Origin: Eledone cirrhosa
Lineage: Eukaryota
Assembly (NCBI GenBank): GCA_964016885.1
Contig: OZ024742.1
Span: forward strand, 184,884,001 to 184,948,000
Length of the DNA: 64,000 bases
Reading direction: 5' to 3'
Numbering within the stretch: position 1 is the stretch's first letter; every line of letters starts with the position of its first letter. The position numbers were made by a program, and so were the translations under genes. Below the pieces are notes generated by a model. That model was not told the origin of the DNA, did no database searches, and saw nothing but the letters and a program-made list of their open reading frames with translations. Positions 47,851 through 60,700 of the stretch are shown piece by piece.

Positions 47851-50800
47851 TTAAGTTGGGGTTGAGTTAAGTTGGGGTTTAATTAAGTTGGGGTTGAGTT
47901 AAGTTGGGGTTGAGTTAAGTTGGGCTTGAGTTAAGTTGGGGTTGAGTTAAGTTGGGCTTATCTTAAGTTGGGGTTAATTTAAGATGGGGTTAAGTTAAGT
48001 TGGGGTTAAGTTAATTTGGGGTTAAGTTAAGTTGGGGTTAAGTTAAGTTGGGGTTATGTTAAGTTGGGGTTAAGTTAAGTTGAGGTTAACTTAAGTTGGG
48101 GTTAAGTTAAGTTGGGGTTAAGTTAAGTTGGGGCTAAGTTAAGTTGGGGCTAAGTTAAGTTGGGGTTAAGTTAAGTTGGGGTTAAGTTAAGTTGGGGTCA
48201 ACGTAAGTTGGGGTTAAGTTAAGTTGGGGTTAAGTTAATTTGGGGGTAAGTTAAGTTGGGGTTAATTTAAGTTGGGGTTAAGTTAAGTTGGGGTTAAGTT
48301 AAGTTGGGGCTGAGTTAAGTTGGGGCTGTGTTAAGTTGGGGTTAAGTTAAGTTGAGGTTAAGTTGGGGTTAAATTAAGTTGGGGTTAATTTAAGTTGGGG
48401 TTAAGTTAAGTTGGGTTTAGGTTAAGTTGGGGTTGAGTTAAGTTGGGGTTAAGTTAAGTTGGGGTTAATTTAAGTTGGGGTTAAGTTAAGTTGGGGCTGA
48501 GTTAAGTTGGGGTTAAGTTAAGTTGGGGTTGAGTTAAGTTGGGGTTAAGTTAAGTTGGGGTTAAGTTAAGTCGGGGTTAAGTTAAGTTGGGGTTAAGTTA
48601 AGTTGGGGTTAAGTTAAGTTGGGTTTAAGATAAGTTGGGGTTAAGTTAAGTTGGGGTTGAGTTAAGTTGGGGTTGAGTTAATTTGGGGTTAAGTTAAGTT
48701 GGGGTTAACTTAAGTTGGGGTTCAGTTAAGTTGGCGTTCAGTTAAGTTGCGGTGAAGTTAAGTTGGGGTTAACTTAAGTCGGGGTTAAGTTAAGTTGGGG
48801 TCAAGTTAAGTTGGGGTTAAGTTAAGTTGGGGTTATGTTAAGTTGGGGTTAAGTTAAGTTGGGGTTAAGTTAAGTCGGGGTTAAGTTAAGTTGGGGTTAA
48901 GTTAATTGGGGTTAAGTTAAGTTGGGGTCAAGTTAAGTTGGGGTTAAGTTAAGTTAGGGTTAAGTTAAGCTTGGGTTAAATTAAGTTGGGGTTGAGTTAA
49001 TTTGGGGTTGAGTTAAGTTGGGGTTGAGTTAAGTTGGGGTTAAGTTAAGTTGGGGTTACCTTTTGTTGGGGTTAAGTTAAGTTGGGGTCAATTTAAGTTG
49101 AGGTTAAGTTAACTTGGGATTAAGTTAAGTTGGGGTTAACTTAAATTGAGGTTAAGTTAAGTTGGGGTTAAGTTAAGTTGGGGGTAAGTTAAGTTGGGGG
49201 TAAGTTAAGTTTGGGTTAAGTTGGGGTTAAGTTAAGTTAGGGTTAAGTTACGTTGGGGTTGAGTTAAGTTGGGGTTAATTTAAATTGGGGTTAAGTTAAC
49301 TTTGTGGTTAAGTTAAGTTGGGGTTAAGTTAAGTTGAGGTTAAGTTAATTTGAGGTTAAGTTAAGTTGGGGTTAAGTTAAGTTGGGGTTAAATTAAGCTG
49401 GGTTGAAGTTAAGTTGGGGTTAAGTTAGTTGGGGTTAAGTTAAGTTGGGGTTGAGTTAAGTTGGGGTTAAGTTAAGTTGGGTTTAAGTTAAGTTGGGGTT
49501 AAGTTAAGTTGGGGTTAAGTTAAGGTGGGGTTAAGTTAAGTTGGGGTTAAGTTAAGTCGGGGTTAAGTTAAGTTGGGGTTAAGTTAAGTTGGGGTTAAAT
49601 TAAGTTGGGGTTAAGTTAAGTTGGGGTTAAGATAAGTTGGGGTTAAGTTAAGTTGGGGTTGAGTTAAGTTGGGGTTGAGTTAATTTGGGGTTAAGTTAAG
49701 TTGGGGTTAACTTAAGTTGGGGTTAAGTTAAGTTGGCGTTCAGTTAAGTTGCGGTTAAGTTAAGTTGGGGTTAACTTAAGTCGGGGTTAAGTTAAGTTGG
49801 GGTTAAGTTAAGTTGGGGTCAAGTTAAGTTGGGGTTAAGTTAAGTTGGGGTTAAGTTAAGTTGGGGTTAAGTTAAGTCGGGGTTAAGTTAAGTTGGGGTT
49901 AAGTTAAGTTGGGGTTAAGTTAAGTTGGGGTCAAGTTAAGTTGGGGTTAAGTTAAGTTGGGGTTAAGTTAAGTTGGGGTTAAGTTAAGTCGCGGTTAGTT
50001 AAGTTGGGGTTAAGTTAAGATGGGGTTAAGTTAAGTTGTGGTTAAGTTAAGTTGGGGTTAAGATAAGTTGGGGTTAAGTTAAGTTGCGGTTGAGTTAAGT
50101 TAGGGTTGAGTTAATTGGGGTTAAGTTAAGTTGGGGCTAAGTTAAGTTGGGGCTAAGTTAAGTTGGGGCTAAGTTAAGTTGGGGTTAAGTTAAGGTGGGG
50201 TTTAGTTAAGTTGGGGTTGAGTTAAGTTGGGGTTGAGTTAAGTTGGGGTTAAGTTAAGTTGGGGTTAAGTTAAGTTAGGGTTAACTTAATTGGGGTTAAG
50301 TTAAGTTTAGGTTAACTTAAGTTGGGGTTAAGTTAAGTTGGGGTTAAGTTAAGTTGGGGCTAAGTTAAGTTGGGGCTAAGTTAAGTTGGGGCTAAGTTAA
50401 GTTGGGGTTAAGTTAAGGTGGGGTTTAGTTAAGTTGGGGTTGAGTTAAGTTGGGGTTGAGTTAAGTTAGGGTTAAGTTAAGTTGGGGTTAAGTTAAGTTA
50501 GGGTTAACTTAAGTTGGGGTTAAGTTAAGTTGGGGTTGAGTTAAGTTGGGGTTTAATTAAGTTGGGGTTGAGTTAAGTTGGGGTTGAGTTAAGTTGGGCT
50601 TGAGTTAAGTTGGGGTTGAGTTAAGTTGGGCTTATCTTAAGTTGGGGTTAATTTAAGATGGGGTTAAGTTAAGTTGGGGTTAAGTTAATTTGGGGTTAAG
50701 TTAAGTTGGGGTTAAGTTAAGTTGGGGTTATGTTAAGTTGGGGTTAAGTTAAGTTGAGGTTAACTTAAGTTGGGGTTAAGTTAAGTTGGGGTTAAGTTAA

Positions 50801-53800
50801 GTTGGGGCTAAGTTAAGTTGGGGCTAAGTTAAGTTGGGGTTAAGTTAAGTTGGGGTTAAGTTAAGTTGGGGTCAACTTAAGTTGGGGCTAAATTAAGTTG
50901 GGGTTAAGTTAAGTTGGGGCTAAGTTAAGTTGGTGTTAAGTTAAGTTGGGGTTAAATTAAGTTGGGGTCAACGTAAGTTGGGGTTAAGTTAAGTTGGGGT
51001 TAAGTTAATTTGGGGGTAAGTTAAGTTGGGGTTAAGTTAAGTTGGGGTTAAGTTAAGTTGGGGTTAAGTTAAGTTGGGGCTGAGTTAAATTGGGGCTGTG
51101 TTAAGTTGGGGTTAAGTTAAGTTGGGGTTAAGTTAAGTTGGGGTTAAGTTAAGTTGGGGTTAAGTTGGGGTTAAATTAAGTTGGGGTTAATTTAAGTTGG
51201 GGTTAAGTTAAGTTGGGTTTAGGTTAAGTTGGGGTTGAGTTAAGTTGGGGTTAAGTTAAGTTGGGGTTAATTTAAGTTGGGGTTAAGTTAAGTTGGGGCT
51301 GAGTTAAGTTGGGGTTAAGTTAAGTTGGGGTTAAGTTAAGTTGGGGTTAAGTTAAGTTGGGGTTAAGTTAAGTTGGGGTTAAGATAAGTTGGGGTTAAGT
51401 TAAGTTGGGGTTGAGTTAAGTTGGGGTTGAGTTAATTTGGGGTTAAGTTAAGTTGGGGTTAACTTAAGTTGGGGTTCAGTTAAGTTGGCGTTCAGTTAAG
51501 TTGCGGTGAAGTTAAGTTGGGGTTAACTTAAGTCGGGGTTAAGTTAAGTTGGGGTTAAGTTAAGTTGGGGTGAAGTTAAGTTGGGGTTAAGTTAAGTTGG
51601 GGTTATGTTAAGTTGGCGTTCAGTTAAGTTGCGGTGAAGTTAAGTTGGGGTTAACTTAAGTCGGGGTTAAGTTAAGTTGGGGTTAAGTTAAGTTGGGGTC
51701 AAGTTAAGTTGGGGTTAAGTTAAGTTGGGGTTATGTTAAGTTGGGGTTAAGTTAAGTTGGGGTTAAGTTAAGTCGGGGTTAAGTTAAGTTGGGGTTAAGT
51801 TAATTGGGGGTAAGTTAAGTTTGGGTTAAGTTGGGGTTAAGTTAAGTTAGGGTTAAGTTACGTTGGGGTTGAGTTAAGTTGGGGTTAATTTAAATTGGGG
51901 TTAAGTTAACTTTGTGGTTAAGTTAAGTTGGGGTTAAGTTAAGTTGAGGTTAAGTTAATTTGAGGTTAAGTTAAGTTGGGGTTAAGTTAAGTTGGGGTTA
52001 AATTAAGCTGGGTTGAAGTTAAGTTGGGGTTAAGTTAAGTTGGGGTTAAGTTAAGTTGGGGTCAAGTTAAGTTGGGGTTAAGTTAAGTTAGGGTTAAGTT
52101 AAGCTTGGGTTAAATTAAGTTGGGGTTGAGTTAATTTGGGGTTGAGTTAAGTTGGGGTTGAGTTAAGTTGGGGTTGAGTTAAGTTGGGGTTAAGTTAAGT
52201 TGGGGTTAACTTAAGTTGGGGTTAAGTTAAGTTGGGGTCAATTTAAGTTGAGGTTAAGTTAACTTGGGATTAAGTTAAGTTGGGGTTAACTTAAATTGAG
52301 GTTAAGTTAAGTTGGGGTTAAGTTAAGTTGGGGGTAAGTTAAGTTGGGGGTAAGTTAAGTTTGGGTTAAGTTGGGGTTAAGTTAAGTTAGGGTTAAGTTA
52401 CGTTGGGGTTGAGTTAAGTTGGGGTTAATTTAAATTGGGGTTAAGTTAACTTTGTGGTTAAGTTAAGTTGGGGTTAAGTTAAGTTGAGGTTAAGTTAAGT
52501 TGGGGTTGAGTTAAGTTGGGGTTAAGTTAAGTTGGGTTTAAGTTAAGTTGGGGTTAAGTTAAGTTGGGGTTAAGTTAAGTTGGGGTTAAATTAAGCTGGG
52601 TTGAAGTTAAGTTGGGGTTAAGTTAAGTTGGGGTTAAGTTAAGTTGGGGTTGAGTTAAGTTGGGGTTAAGTTAAGTTGGGTTTAAGTTAAGTTGGGGTTA
52701 AGTTAAGTTGGGGTTAAGTTAAGGTGGGGTTAAGTTAAGTTGGGGTTAAGTTAAGTTGGGGCTAAGTTAAGTTGGGGCTAAGTTAAGTTGGGGTTAAGTT
52801 AAGTTGGGGTTAAGTTAAGTTGGGGTCAACTTAAGTTGGGGCTAAATTAAGTTGGGGTTAAGTTAAGTTGGGGCTAAGTTAAGTTGGAGTTAAGTTAAGT
52901 TGGGGTTAAATTAAGTTGGGGTCAACGTAAGTTGGGGTTAAGTTAAGTTGGGGTTAAGTTAATTTGGGGGTAAGTTAAGTTGGGGTTAAGTTAAGTTGGG
53001 GTTAAGTTAAGTTGGGGTTAAGTTAAGTTGGGGCTGAGTTAAATTGGGGCTGTGTTAAGTTGGGGTTAAGTTAAGTTGGGGTTAAGTTAAGTTGGGGTTA
53101 AGTTAAGTTGGGGTTAAGTTGGGGTTAAATTAAGTTGGGGTTAATTTAAGTTGGGGTTAAGTTAAGTTGGGTTTAGGTTAAGTTGGGGTTGAGTTAAGTT
53201 GGGGTTAAGTTAAGTTGGGGTTAATTTAAGTTGGGGTTAAGTTAAGTTGGGGCTGAGTTAAGTTGGGGTTAAGTTAAGTTGGGGTTAAGTTAAGTTGGGG
53301 TTAAGTTAAGTTGGGGTTAAGTTAAGTTGGGGTTAAGATAAGTTGGGGTTAAGTTAAGTTGGGGTTGAGTTAAGTTGGGGTTGAGTTAATTTGGGGTTAA
53401 GTTAAGTTGGGGTTAACTTAAGTTGGGGTTCAGTTAAGTTGGCGTTCAGTTAAGTTGCGGTGAAGTTAAGTTGGGGTTAACTTAAGTCGGGGTTAAGTTA
53501 AGTTGGGGTTAAGTTAAGTTGGGGTGAAGTTAAGTTGGGGTTAAGTTAAGTTGGGGTTATGTTAAGTTGGCGTTCAGTTAAGTTGCGGTGAAGTTAAGTT
53601 GGGGTTAACTTAAGTCGGGGTTAAGTTAAGTTGGGGTTAAGTTAAGTTGGGGTCAAGTTAAGTTGGGGTTAAGTTAAGTTGGGGTTATGTTAAGTTGGGG
53701 TTAAGTTAAGTTGGGGTTAAGTTAAGTCGGGGTTAAGTTAAGTTGGGGTTAAGTTAATTGGGGGTAAGTTAAGTTTGGGTTAAGTTGGGGTTAAGTTAAG

Positions 53801-56800
53801 TTAGGGTTAAGTTACGTTGGGGTTGAGTTAAGTTGGGGTTAATTTAAATTGGGGTTAAGTTAACTTTGTGGTTAAGTTAAGTTGGGGTTAAGTTAAGTTG
53901 AGGTTAAGTTAATTTGAGGTTAAGTTAAGTTGGGGTTAAGTTAAGTTGGGGTTAAATTAAGCTGGGTTGAAGTTAAGTTGGGGTTAAGTTAAGTTGGGGT
54001 TAAGTTAAGTTGGGGTCAAGTTAAGTTGGGGTTAAGTTAAGTTAGGGTTAAGTTAAGCTTGGGTTAAATTAAGTTGGGGTTGAGTTAATTTGGGGTTGAG
54101 TTAAGTTGGGGTTGAGTTAAGTTGGGGTTGAGTTAAGTTGGGGTTAAGTTAAGTTGGGGTTAACTTAATTTGGGGTTAAGTTAAGTTGGGGTCAATTTAA
54201 GTTGAGGTTAAGTTAACTTGGGATTAAGTTAAGTTGGGGTTAACTTAAATTGAGGTTAAGTTAAGTTGGGGTTAAGTTAAGTTGGGGGTAAGTTAAGTTG
54301 GGGGTAAGTTAAGTTTGGGTTAAGTTGGGGTTAAGTTAAGTTAGGGTTAAGTTACGTTGGGGTTGAGTTAAGTTGGGGTTAATTTAAATTGGGGTTAAGT
54401 TAACTTTGTGGTTAAGTTAAGTTGGGGTTAAGTTAAGTTGAGGTTAAGTTAAGTTGGGGTTGAGTTAAGTTGGGGTTAAGTTAAGTTGGGTTTAAGTTAA
54501 GTTGGGGTTAAGTTAAGTTGGGGTTAAGTTAAGTTGGGGTTAAATTAAGCTGGGTTGAAGTTAAGTTGGGGTTAAGTTAAGTTGGGGTTAAGTTAAGTTG
54601 GGGTTGAGTTAAGTTGGGGTTAAGTTAAGTTGGGTTTAAGTTAAGTTGGGGTTAAGTTAAGTTGGGGTTAAGTTAAGGTGGGGTTAAGTTAAGTTGGGGT
54701 TAAGTTAAGTCGGGGTTAAGTTAAGTTGGGGTTAAGTTAAGTTGGGGTTAAATTAAGTTGGGGTTAAGTTAAGTTGGGGTTAAGATAAGTTGGGGTTAAG
54801 TTAAGTTGGGGTTGAGTTAAGTTGGGGTTGAGTTAATTTGGGGTTAAGTTAAGTTGGGGTTAACTTAAGTTGGGGTTAAGTTAAGTTGGCGTTCAGTTAA
54901 GTTGCGGTTAAGTTAAGTTGGGGTTAACTTAAGTCGGGGTTAAGTTAAGTTGGGGTTAAGTTAAGTTGGGGTCAGGTTAAGTTGGGGTTAAGTTAAGTTG
55001 GGGTTAAGTTAAGTTGGGGTTAAGTTAAGTCGGGGTTAAGTTAAGTTGGGGTTAAGTTAAGTTGGGGTTAAGTTAAGTTGGGGTCAAGTTAAGTTGGGGT
55101 TAAGTTAAGTTGGGGTTAAGTTAAGTTGGGGTTAAGTTAAGTCGCGGTTAGTTAAGTTGGGGTTAAGTTAAGATGGGGTTAAGTTAAGTTGTGGTTAAGT
55201 TAAGTTAGGGTTAACTTAAGTTGCGGTTGAGTTAAGTTGGCGCTAAGTTAAGTGAAGGTTAAGTTAAGTTGGGGTTGAGTTAACTTGGGGTTAAGTTAAC
55301 TTGGGGTTAAGTTAAGTTGGGGTTAAGTTAAGTTGGGGTTAAGTTAAGTTGGGGTTAAGATAAGTTGGGGTTAATTTAAGTTGGGGTTGAGTTAAGTTGG
55401 GGTTGAGTTAAGTTGGGGTTGAGTTAAGTTGGGGTTACGTTAAGTTGGGGTTAAGTTAAGTTGGGGTTAAGTTAAGTTTAGGTTAACTTAAGTTGGGGTT
55501 AAGTTAAGTTGGGGTTAAGTTAAGTTGGGGCTAAGTTAAGTTGGGGCTAAGTTAAGTTGGGGCTAAGTTAAGTTGGGGTTAAGTTAAGGTGGGGTTTAGT
55601 TAAGTTGGGGTTGAGTTAAGTTGGGGTTGAGTTAAGTTGGGGTTAAGTTAAGTTGGGGTTAAGTTAAGTTAGGGTTAACTTAAGTTGGGGTTAAGTTAAG
55701 TTGGGGTTGAGTTAAGTTGGGGTTTAATTAAGTTGGGGTTGAGTTAAGTTGGGGTTGAGTTAAGTTGGGCTTGAGTTAAGTTGGGGTTGAGTTAAGTTGG
55801 GCTTATCTTAAGTTGGGGTTAATTTAAGATGGGGTTAAGTTAAGTTGGGGTTAAGTTAATTTGGGGTTAAGTTAAGTTGGGGTTAAGTTAAGTTGGGGTT
55901 ATGTTAAGTTGGGGTTAAGTTAAGTTGAGGTTAACTTAAGTTGGGGTTAAGTTAAGTTGGGGTTAAGTTAAGTTGGGGCTAAGTTAAGTTGGGGCTAAGT
56001 TAAGTTGGGGTTAAGTTAAGTTGGGGTTAAGTTAAGTTGGGGTCAACGTAAGTTGGGGTTAAGTTAAGTTGGGGTTAAGTTAATTTGGGGGTAAGTTAAG
56101 TTGGGGTTAATTTAAGTTGGGGTTAAGTTAAGTTGGGGTTAAGTTAAGTTGGGGCTGAGTTAAGTTGGGGCTGTGTTAAGTTGGGGTTAAGTTAAGTTGA
56201 GGTTAAGTTGGGGTTAAATTAAGTTGGGGTTAATTTAAGTTGGGGTTAAGTTAAGTTGGGTTTAGGTTAAGTTGGGGTTGAGTTAAGTTGGGGTTAAGTT
56301 AAGTTGGGGTTAATTTAAGTTGGGGTTAAGTTAAGTTGGGGCTGAGTTAAGTTGGGGTTAAGTTAAGTTGGGGTTGAGTTAAGTTGGGGTTAAGTTAAGT
56401 TGGGGTTAAGTTAAGTCGGGGTTAAGTTAAGTTGGGGTTAAGTTAAGTTGGGGTTAAGTTAAGTTGGGTTTAAGATAAGTTGGGGTTAAGTTAAGTTGGG
56501 GTTGAGTTAAGTTGGGGTTGAGTTAATTTGGGGTTAAGTTAAGTTGGGGTTAACTTAAGTTGGGGTTCAGTTAAGTTGGCGTTCAGTTAAGTTGCGGTGA
56601 AGTTAAGTTGGGGTTAACTTAAGTCGGGGTTAAGTTAAGTTGGGGTCAAGTTAAGTTGGGGTTAAGTTAATTTGGGGTTATGTTAAGTTGGGGTTAAGTT
56701 AAGTTGGGGTTAAGTTAAGTCGGGGTTAAGTTAAGTTGGGGTTAAGTTAATTGGGGTTAAGTTAAGTTGGGGTCAAGTTAAGTTGGGGTTAAGTTAAGTT

Positions 56801-57770
56801 AGGGTTAAGTTAAGCTTGGGTTAAATTAAGTTGGGGTTGAGTTAATTTGGGGTTGAGTTAAGTTGGGGTTGAGTTAAGTTGGGGTTAAGTTAAGTTGGGG
56901 TTAACTTTTGTTGGGGTTAAGTTAAGTTGGGGTCAATTTAAGTTGAGGTTAAGTTAACTTGGGATTAAGTTAAGTTGGGGTTAACTTAAATTGAGGTTAA
57001 GTTAAGTTGGGGTTAAGTTAAGTTGGGGGTAAGTTAAGTTGGGGGTAAGTTAAGTTTGGGTTAAGTTGGGGTTAAGTTAAGTTAGGGTTAAGTTACGATG
57101 GGGTTGAGTTAAGTTGGGGTTAATTTAAATTGGGGTTAAGTTAACTTTGTGGTTAAGTTAAGTTGGGGTTAAGTTAAGTTGAGGTTAAGTTAATTTGAGG
57201 TTAAGTTAAGTTGGGGTTAAGTTAAGTTGGGGTTAAATTAAGCTGGGTTGAAGTTAAGTTGGGGTTAAGTTAGTTGGGGTTAAGTTAAGTTGGGGTTGAG
57301 TTAAGTTGGGGTTAAGTTAAGTTGGGTTTAAGTTAAGTTGGGGTTAAGTTAAGTTGGGGTTAAGTTAAGGTGGGGTTAAGTTAAGTTGGGGTTAAGTTAA
57401 GTCGGGGTTAAGTTAAGTTGGGGTTAAGTTAAGTTGGGGTTAAATTAAGTTGGGGTTAAGTTAAGTTGGGGTTAAGATAAGTTGGGGTTAAGTTAAGTTG
57501 GGGTTGAGTTAAGTTGGGGTTGAGTTAATTTGGGGTTAAGTTAAGTTGGGGTTAACTTAAGTTGGGGTTAAGTTAAGTTGGCGTTCAGTTAAGTTGCGGT
57601 TAAGTTAAGTTGGGGTTAACTTAAGTCGGGGTTAAGTTAAGTTGGGGTTAAGTTAAGTTGGGGTCAAGTTAAGTTGGGGTTAAGTTAAGTTGGGGTTAAG
57701 TTAAGTTGGGGTTAAGTTAAGTCGGGGTTAAGTTAAGTTGGGGTTAAGTTAAGTTGGGGTTAAGTTAAGT
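47520..57770 (+). repeat. Dispersed duplication at offset 7,845 bp (~47520-49930 / ~55370-57770)
   Basis: Private variants GGGTTTAAGATAAG at 48621/56466, CTTTTGTTGGGG at 49060/56905 and the 1-bp-deletion TAGTTGGGG at 49426/57271, all +7845. Confidence 0.85.
50775..54700 (+). repeat. Tandem duplication of a 1,954-bp block
   Basis: GCTAAATTAAG at 50887/52841 and GCTGGGTTGAAG at 52595/54549, both +1954. The intervening variant order is the same. Confidence 0.85.
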
Positions 57771-57779
57771 TGGGGTTGA

Positions 57780-60700
57780 GTTAAGTTAGGGTTGAGTTAA
57801 TTGGGGTTAAGTTAAGTTGGGGCTAAGTTAAGTTGGGGCTAAGTTAAGTTGGGGCTAAGTTAAGTTGGGGTTAAGTTAAGGTGGGGTTTAGTTAAGTTGG
57901 GGTTGAGTTAAGTTGGGGTTGAGTTAAGTTGGGGTTAAGTTAAGTTGGGGTTAAGTTAAGTTAGGGTTAACTTAATTGGGGTTAAGTTAAGTTTAGGTTA
58001 ACTTAAGTTGGGGTTAAGTTAAGTTGGGGTTAAGTTAAGTTGGGGCTAAGTTAAGTTGGGGCTAAGTTAAGTTGGGGCTAAGTTAAGTTGGGGTTAAGTT
58101 AAGGTGGGGTTTAGTTAAGTTGGGGTTGAGTTAAGTTGGGGTTGAGTTAAGTTAGGGTTAAGTTAAGTTGGGGTTAAGTTAAGTTAGGGTTAACTTAAGT
58201 TGGGGTTAAGTTAAGTTGGGGTTGAGTTAAGTTGGGGTTTAATTAAGTTGGGGTTGAGTTAAGTTGGGGTTGAGTTAAGTTGGGCTTGAGTTAAGTTGGG
58301 GTTGAGTTAAGTTGGGCTTATCTTAAGTTGGGGTTAATTTAAGATGGGGTTAAGTTAAGTTGGGGTTAAGTTAATTTGGGGTTAAGTTAAGTTGGGGTTA
58401 AGTTAAGTTGGGGTTATGTTAAGTTGGGGTTAAGTTAAGTTGAGGTTAACTTAAGTTGGGGTTAATTTAAGATGGGGTTAAGTTAAGTTGGGGTTAAGTT
58501 AATTTGGGGTTAAGTTAAGTTGGGGCTAAGTTAAGTTGGAGTTAAGTTAAGTTGGGGTTAAATTAAGTTGGGGTCAACGTAAGTTGGGGTTAAGTTAAGT
58601 TGGGGTTAAGTTAATTTGGGGGTAAGTTAAGTTGGGGTTAAGTTAAGTTGGGGTTAAGTTAAGTTGGGGTTAAGTTAAGTTGGGGCTGAGTTAAATTGGG
58701 GCTGTGTTAAGTTGGGGTTAAGTTAAGTTGGGGTTAAGTTAAGTTGGGGTTAAGTTAAGTTGGGGTTAAGTTGGGGTTAAATTAAGTTGGGGTTAATTTA
58801 AGTTGGGGTTAAGTTAAGTTGGGTTTAGGTTAAGTTGGGGTTGAGTTAAGTTGGGGTTAAGTTAAGTTGGGGTTAATTTAAGTTGGGGTTAAGTTAAGTT
58901 GGGGCTGAGTTAAGTTGGGGTTAAGTTAAGTTGGGGTTAAGTTAAGTTGGGGTTAAGTTAAGTTGGGGTTAAGTTAAGTTGGGGTTAAGATAAGTTGGGG
59001 TTAAGTTAAGTTGGGGTTGAGTTAAGTTGGGGTTGAGTTAATTTGGGGTTAAGTTAAGTTGGGGTTAACTTAAGTTGGGGTTCAGTTAAGTTGGCGTTCA
59101 GTTAAGTTGCGGTGAAGTTAAGTTGGGGTTAACTTAAGTCGGGGTTAAGTTAAGTTGGGGTTAAGTTAAGTTGGGGTGAAGTTAAGTTGGGGTTAAGTTA
59201 AGTTGGGGTTATGTTAAGTTGGCGTTCAGTTAAGTTGCGGTGAAGTTAAGTTGGGGTTAACTTAAGTCGGGGTTAAGTTAAGTTGGGGTTAAGTTAAGTT
59301 GGGGTCAAGTTAAGTTGGGGTTAAGTTAAGTTGGGGTTATGTTAAGTTGGGGTTAAGTTAAGTTGGGGTTAAGTTAAGTCGGGGTTAAGTTAAGTTTGGG
59401 TTAAGTTAATTGGGGGTAAGTTAAGTTTGGGTTAAGTTGGGGTTAAGTTAAGTTAGGGTTAAGTTACGTTGGGGTTGAGTTAAGTTGGGGTTAATTTAAA
59501 TTGGGGTTAAGTTAACTTTGTGGTTAAGTTAAGTTGGGGTTAAGTTAAGTTGAGGTTAAGTTAATTTGAGGTTAAGTTAAGTTGGGGTTAAGTTAAGTTG
59601 GGGTTAAATTAAGCTGGGTTGAAGTTAAGTTGGGGTTAAGTTAAGTTGGGGTTAAGTTAAGTTGGGGTCAAGTTAAGTTGGGGTTAAGTTAAGTTAGGGT
59701 TAAGTTAAGCTTGGGTTAAATTAAGTTGGGGTTGAGTTAATTTGGGGTTGAGTTAAGTTGGGGTTGAGTTAAGTTGGGGTTGAGTTAAGTTGGGGTTAAG
59801 TTAAGTTGGGGTTAACTTAAGTTGGGGTTAAGTTAAGTTGGGGTCAATTTAAGTTGAGGTTAAGTTAACTTGGGATTAAGTTAAGTTGGGGTTAACTTAA
59901 ATTGAGGTTAAGTTAAGTTGGGGTTAAGTTAAGTTGGGGGTAAGTTAAGTTGGGGGTAAGTTAAGTTTGGGTTAAGTTGGGGTTAAGTTAAGTTAGGGTT
60001 AAGTTACGTTGGGGTTGAGTTAAGTTGGGGTTAATTTAAATTGGGGTTAAGTTAACTTTGTGGTTAAGTTAAGTTGGGGTTAAGTTAAGTTGAGGTTAAG
60101 TTAATTTGAGGTTAAGTTAAGTTGGGGTTAAGTTAAGTTGGGGTTAAATTAAGCTGGGTTGAAGTTAAGTTGGGGTTAAGTTAAGTTGGGGTTAAGTTAA
60201 GTTGGGGTTGAGTTAAGTTGGGGTTAAGTTAAGTTGGGTTTAAGTTAAGTTGGGGTTAAGTTAAGTTGGGGTTAAGTTAAGGTGGGGTTAAGTTAAGTTG
60301 GGGTTAAGTTAAGTCGGGGTTAAGTTAAGTTGGGGTTAAGTTAAGTTGGGGTTAAATTAAGTTGGGGTTAAGTTAAGTTGGGGTTAAGATAAGTTGGGGT
60401 TAAGTTAAGTTGGGGTTGAGTTAAGTTGGGGTTGAGTTAATTTGGGGTTAAGTTAAGTTGGGGTTAACTTAAGTTGGGGTTAAGTTAAGTTGGCGTTCAG
60501 TTAAGTTGCGGTTAAGTTAAGTTGGGGTTAACTTAAGTCGGGGTTAAGTTAAGTTGGGGTTAAGTTAAGTTGGGGTCAGGTTAAGTTGGGGTTAAGTTAA
60601 GTTGGGGTTAAGTTAAGTTGGGGTTAAGTTAAGTCGGGGTTAAGTTAAGTTGGGGTTAAGTTAAGTTGGGGTTAAGTTAAGTTGGGGTCAAGTTAAGTTG

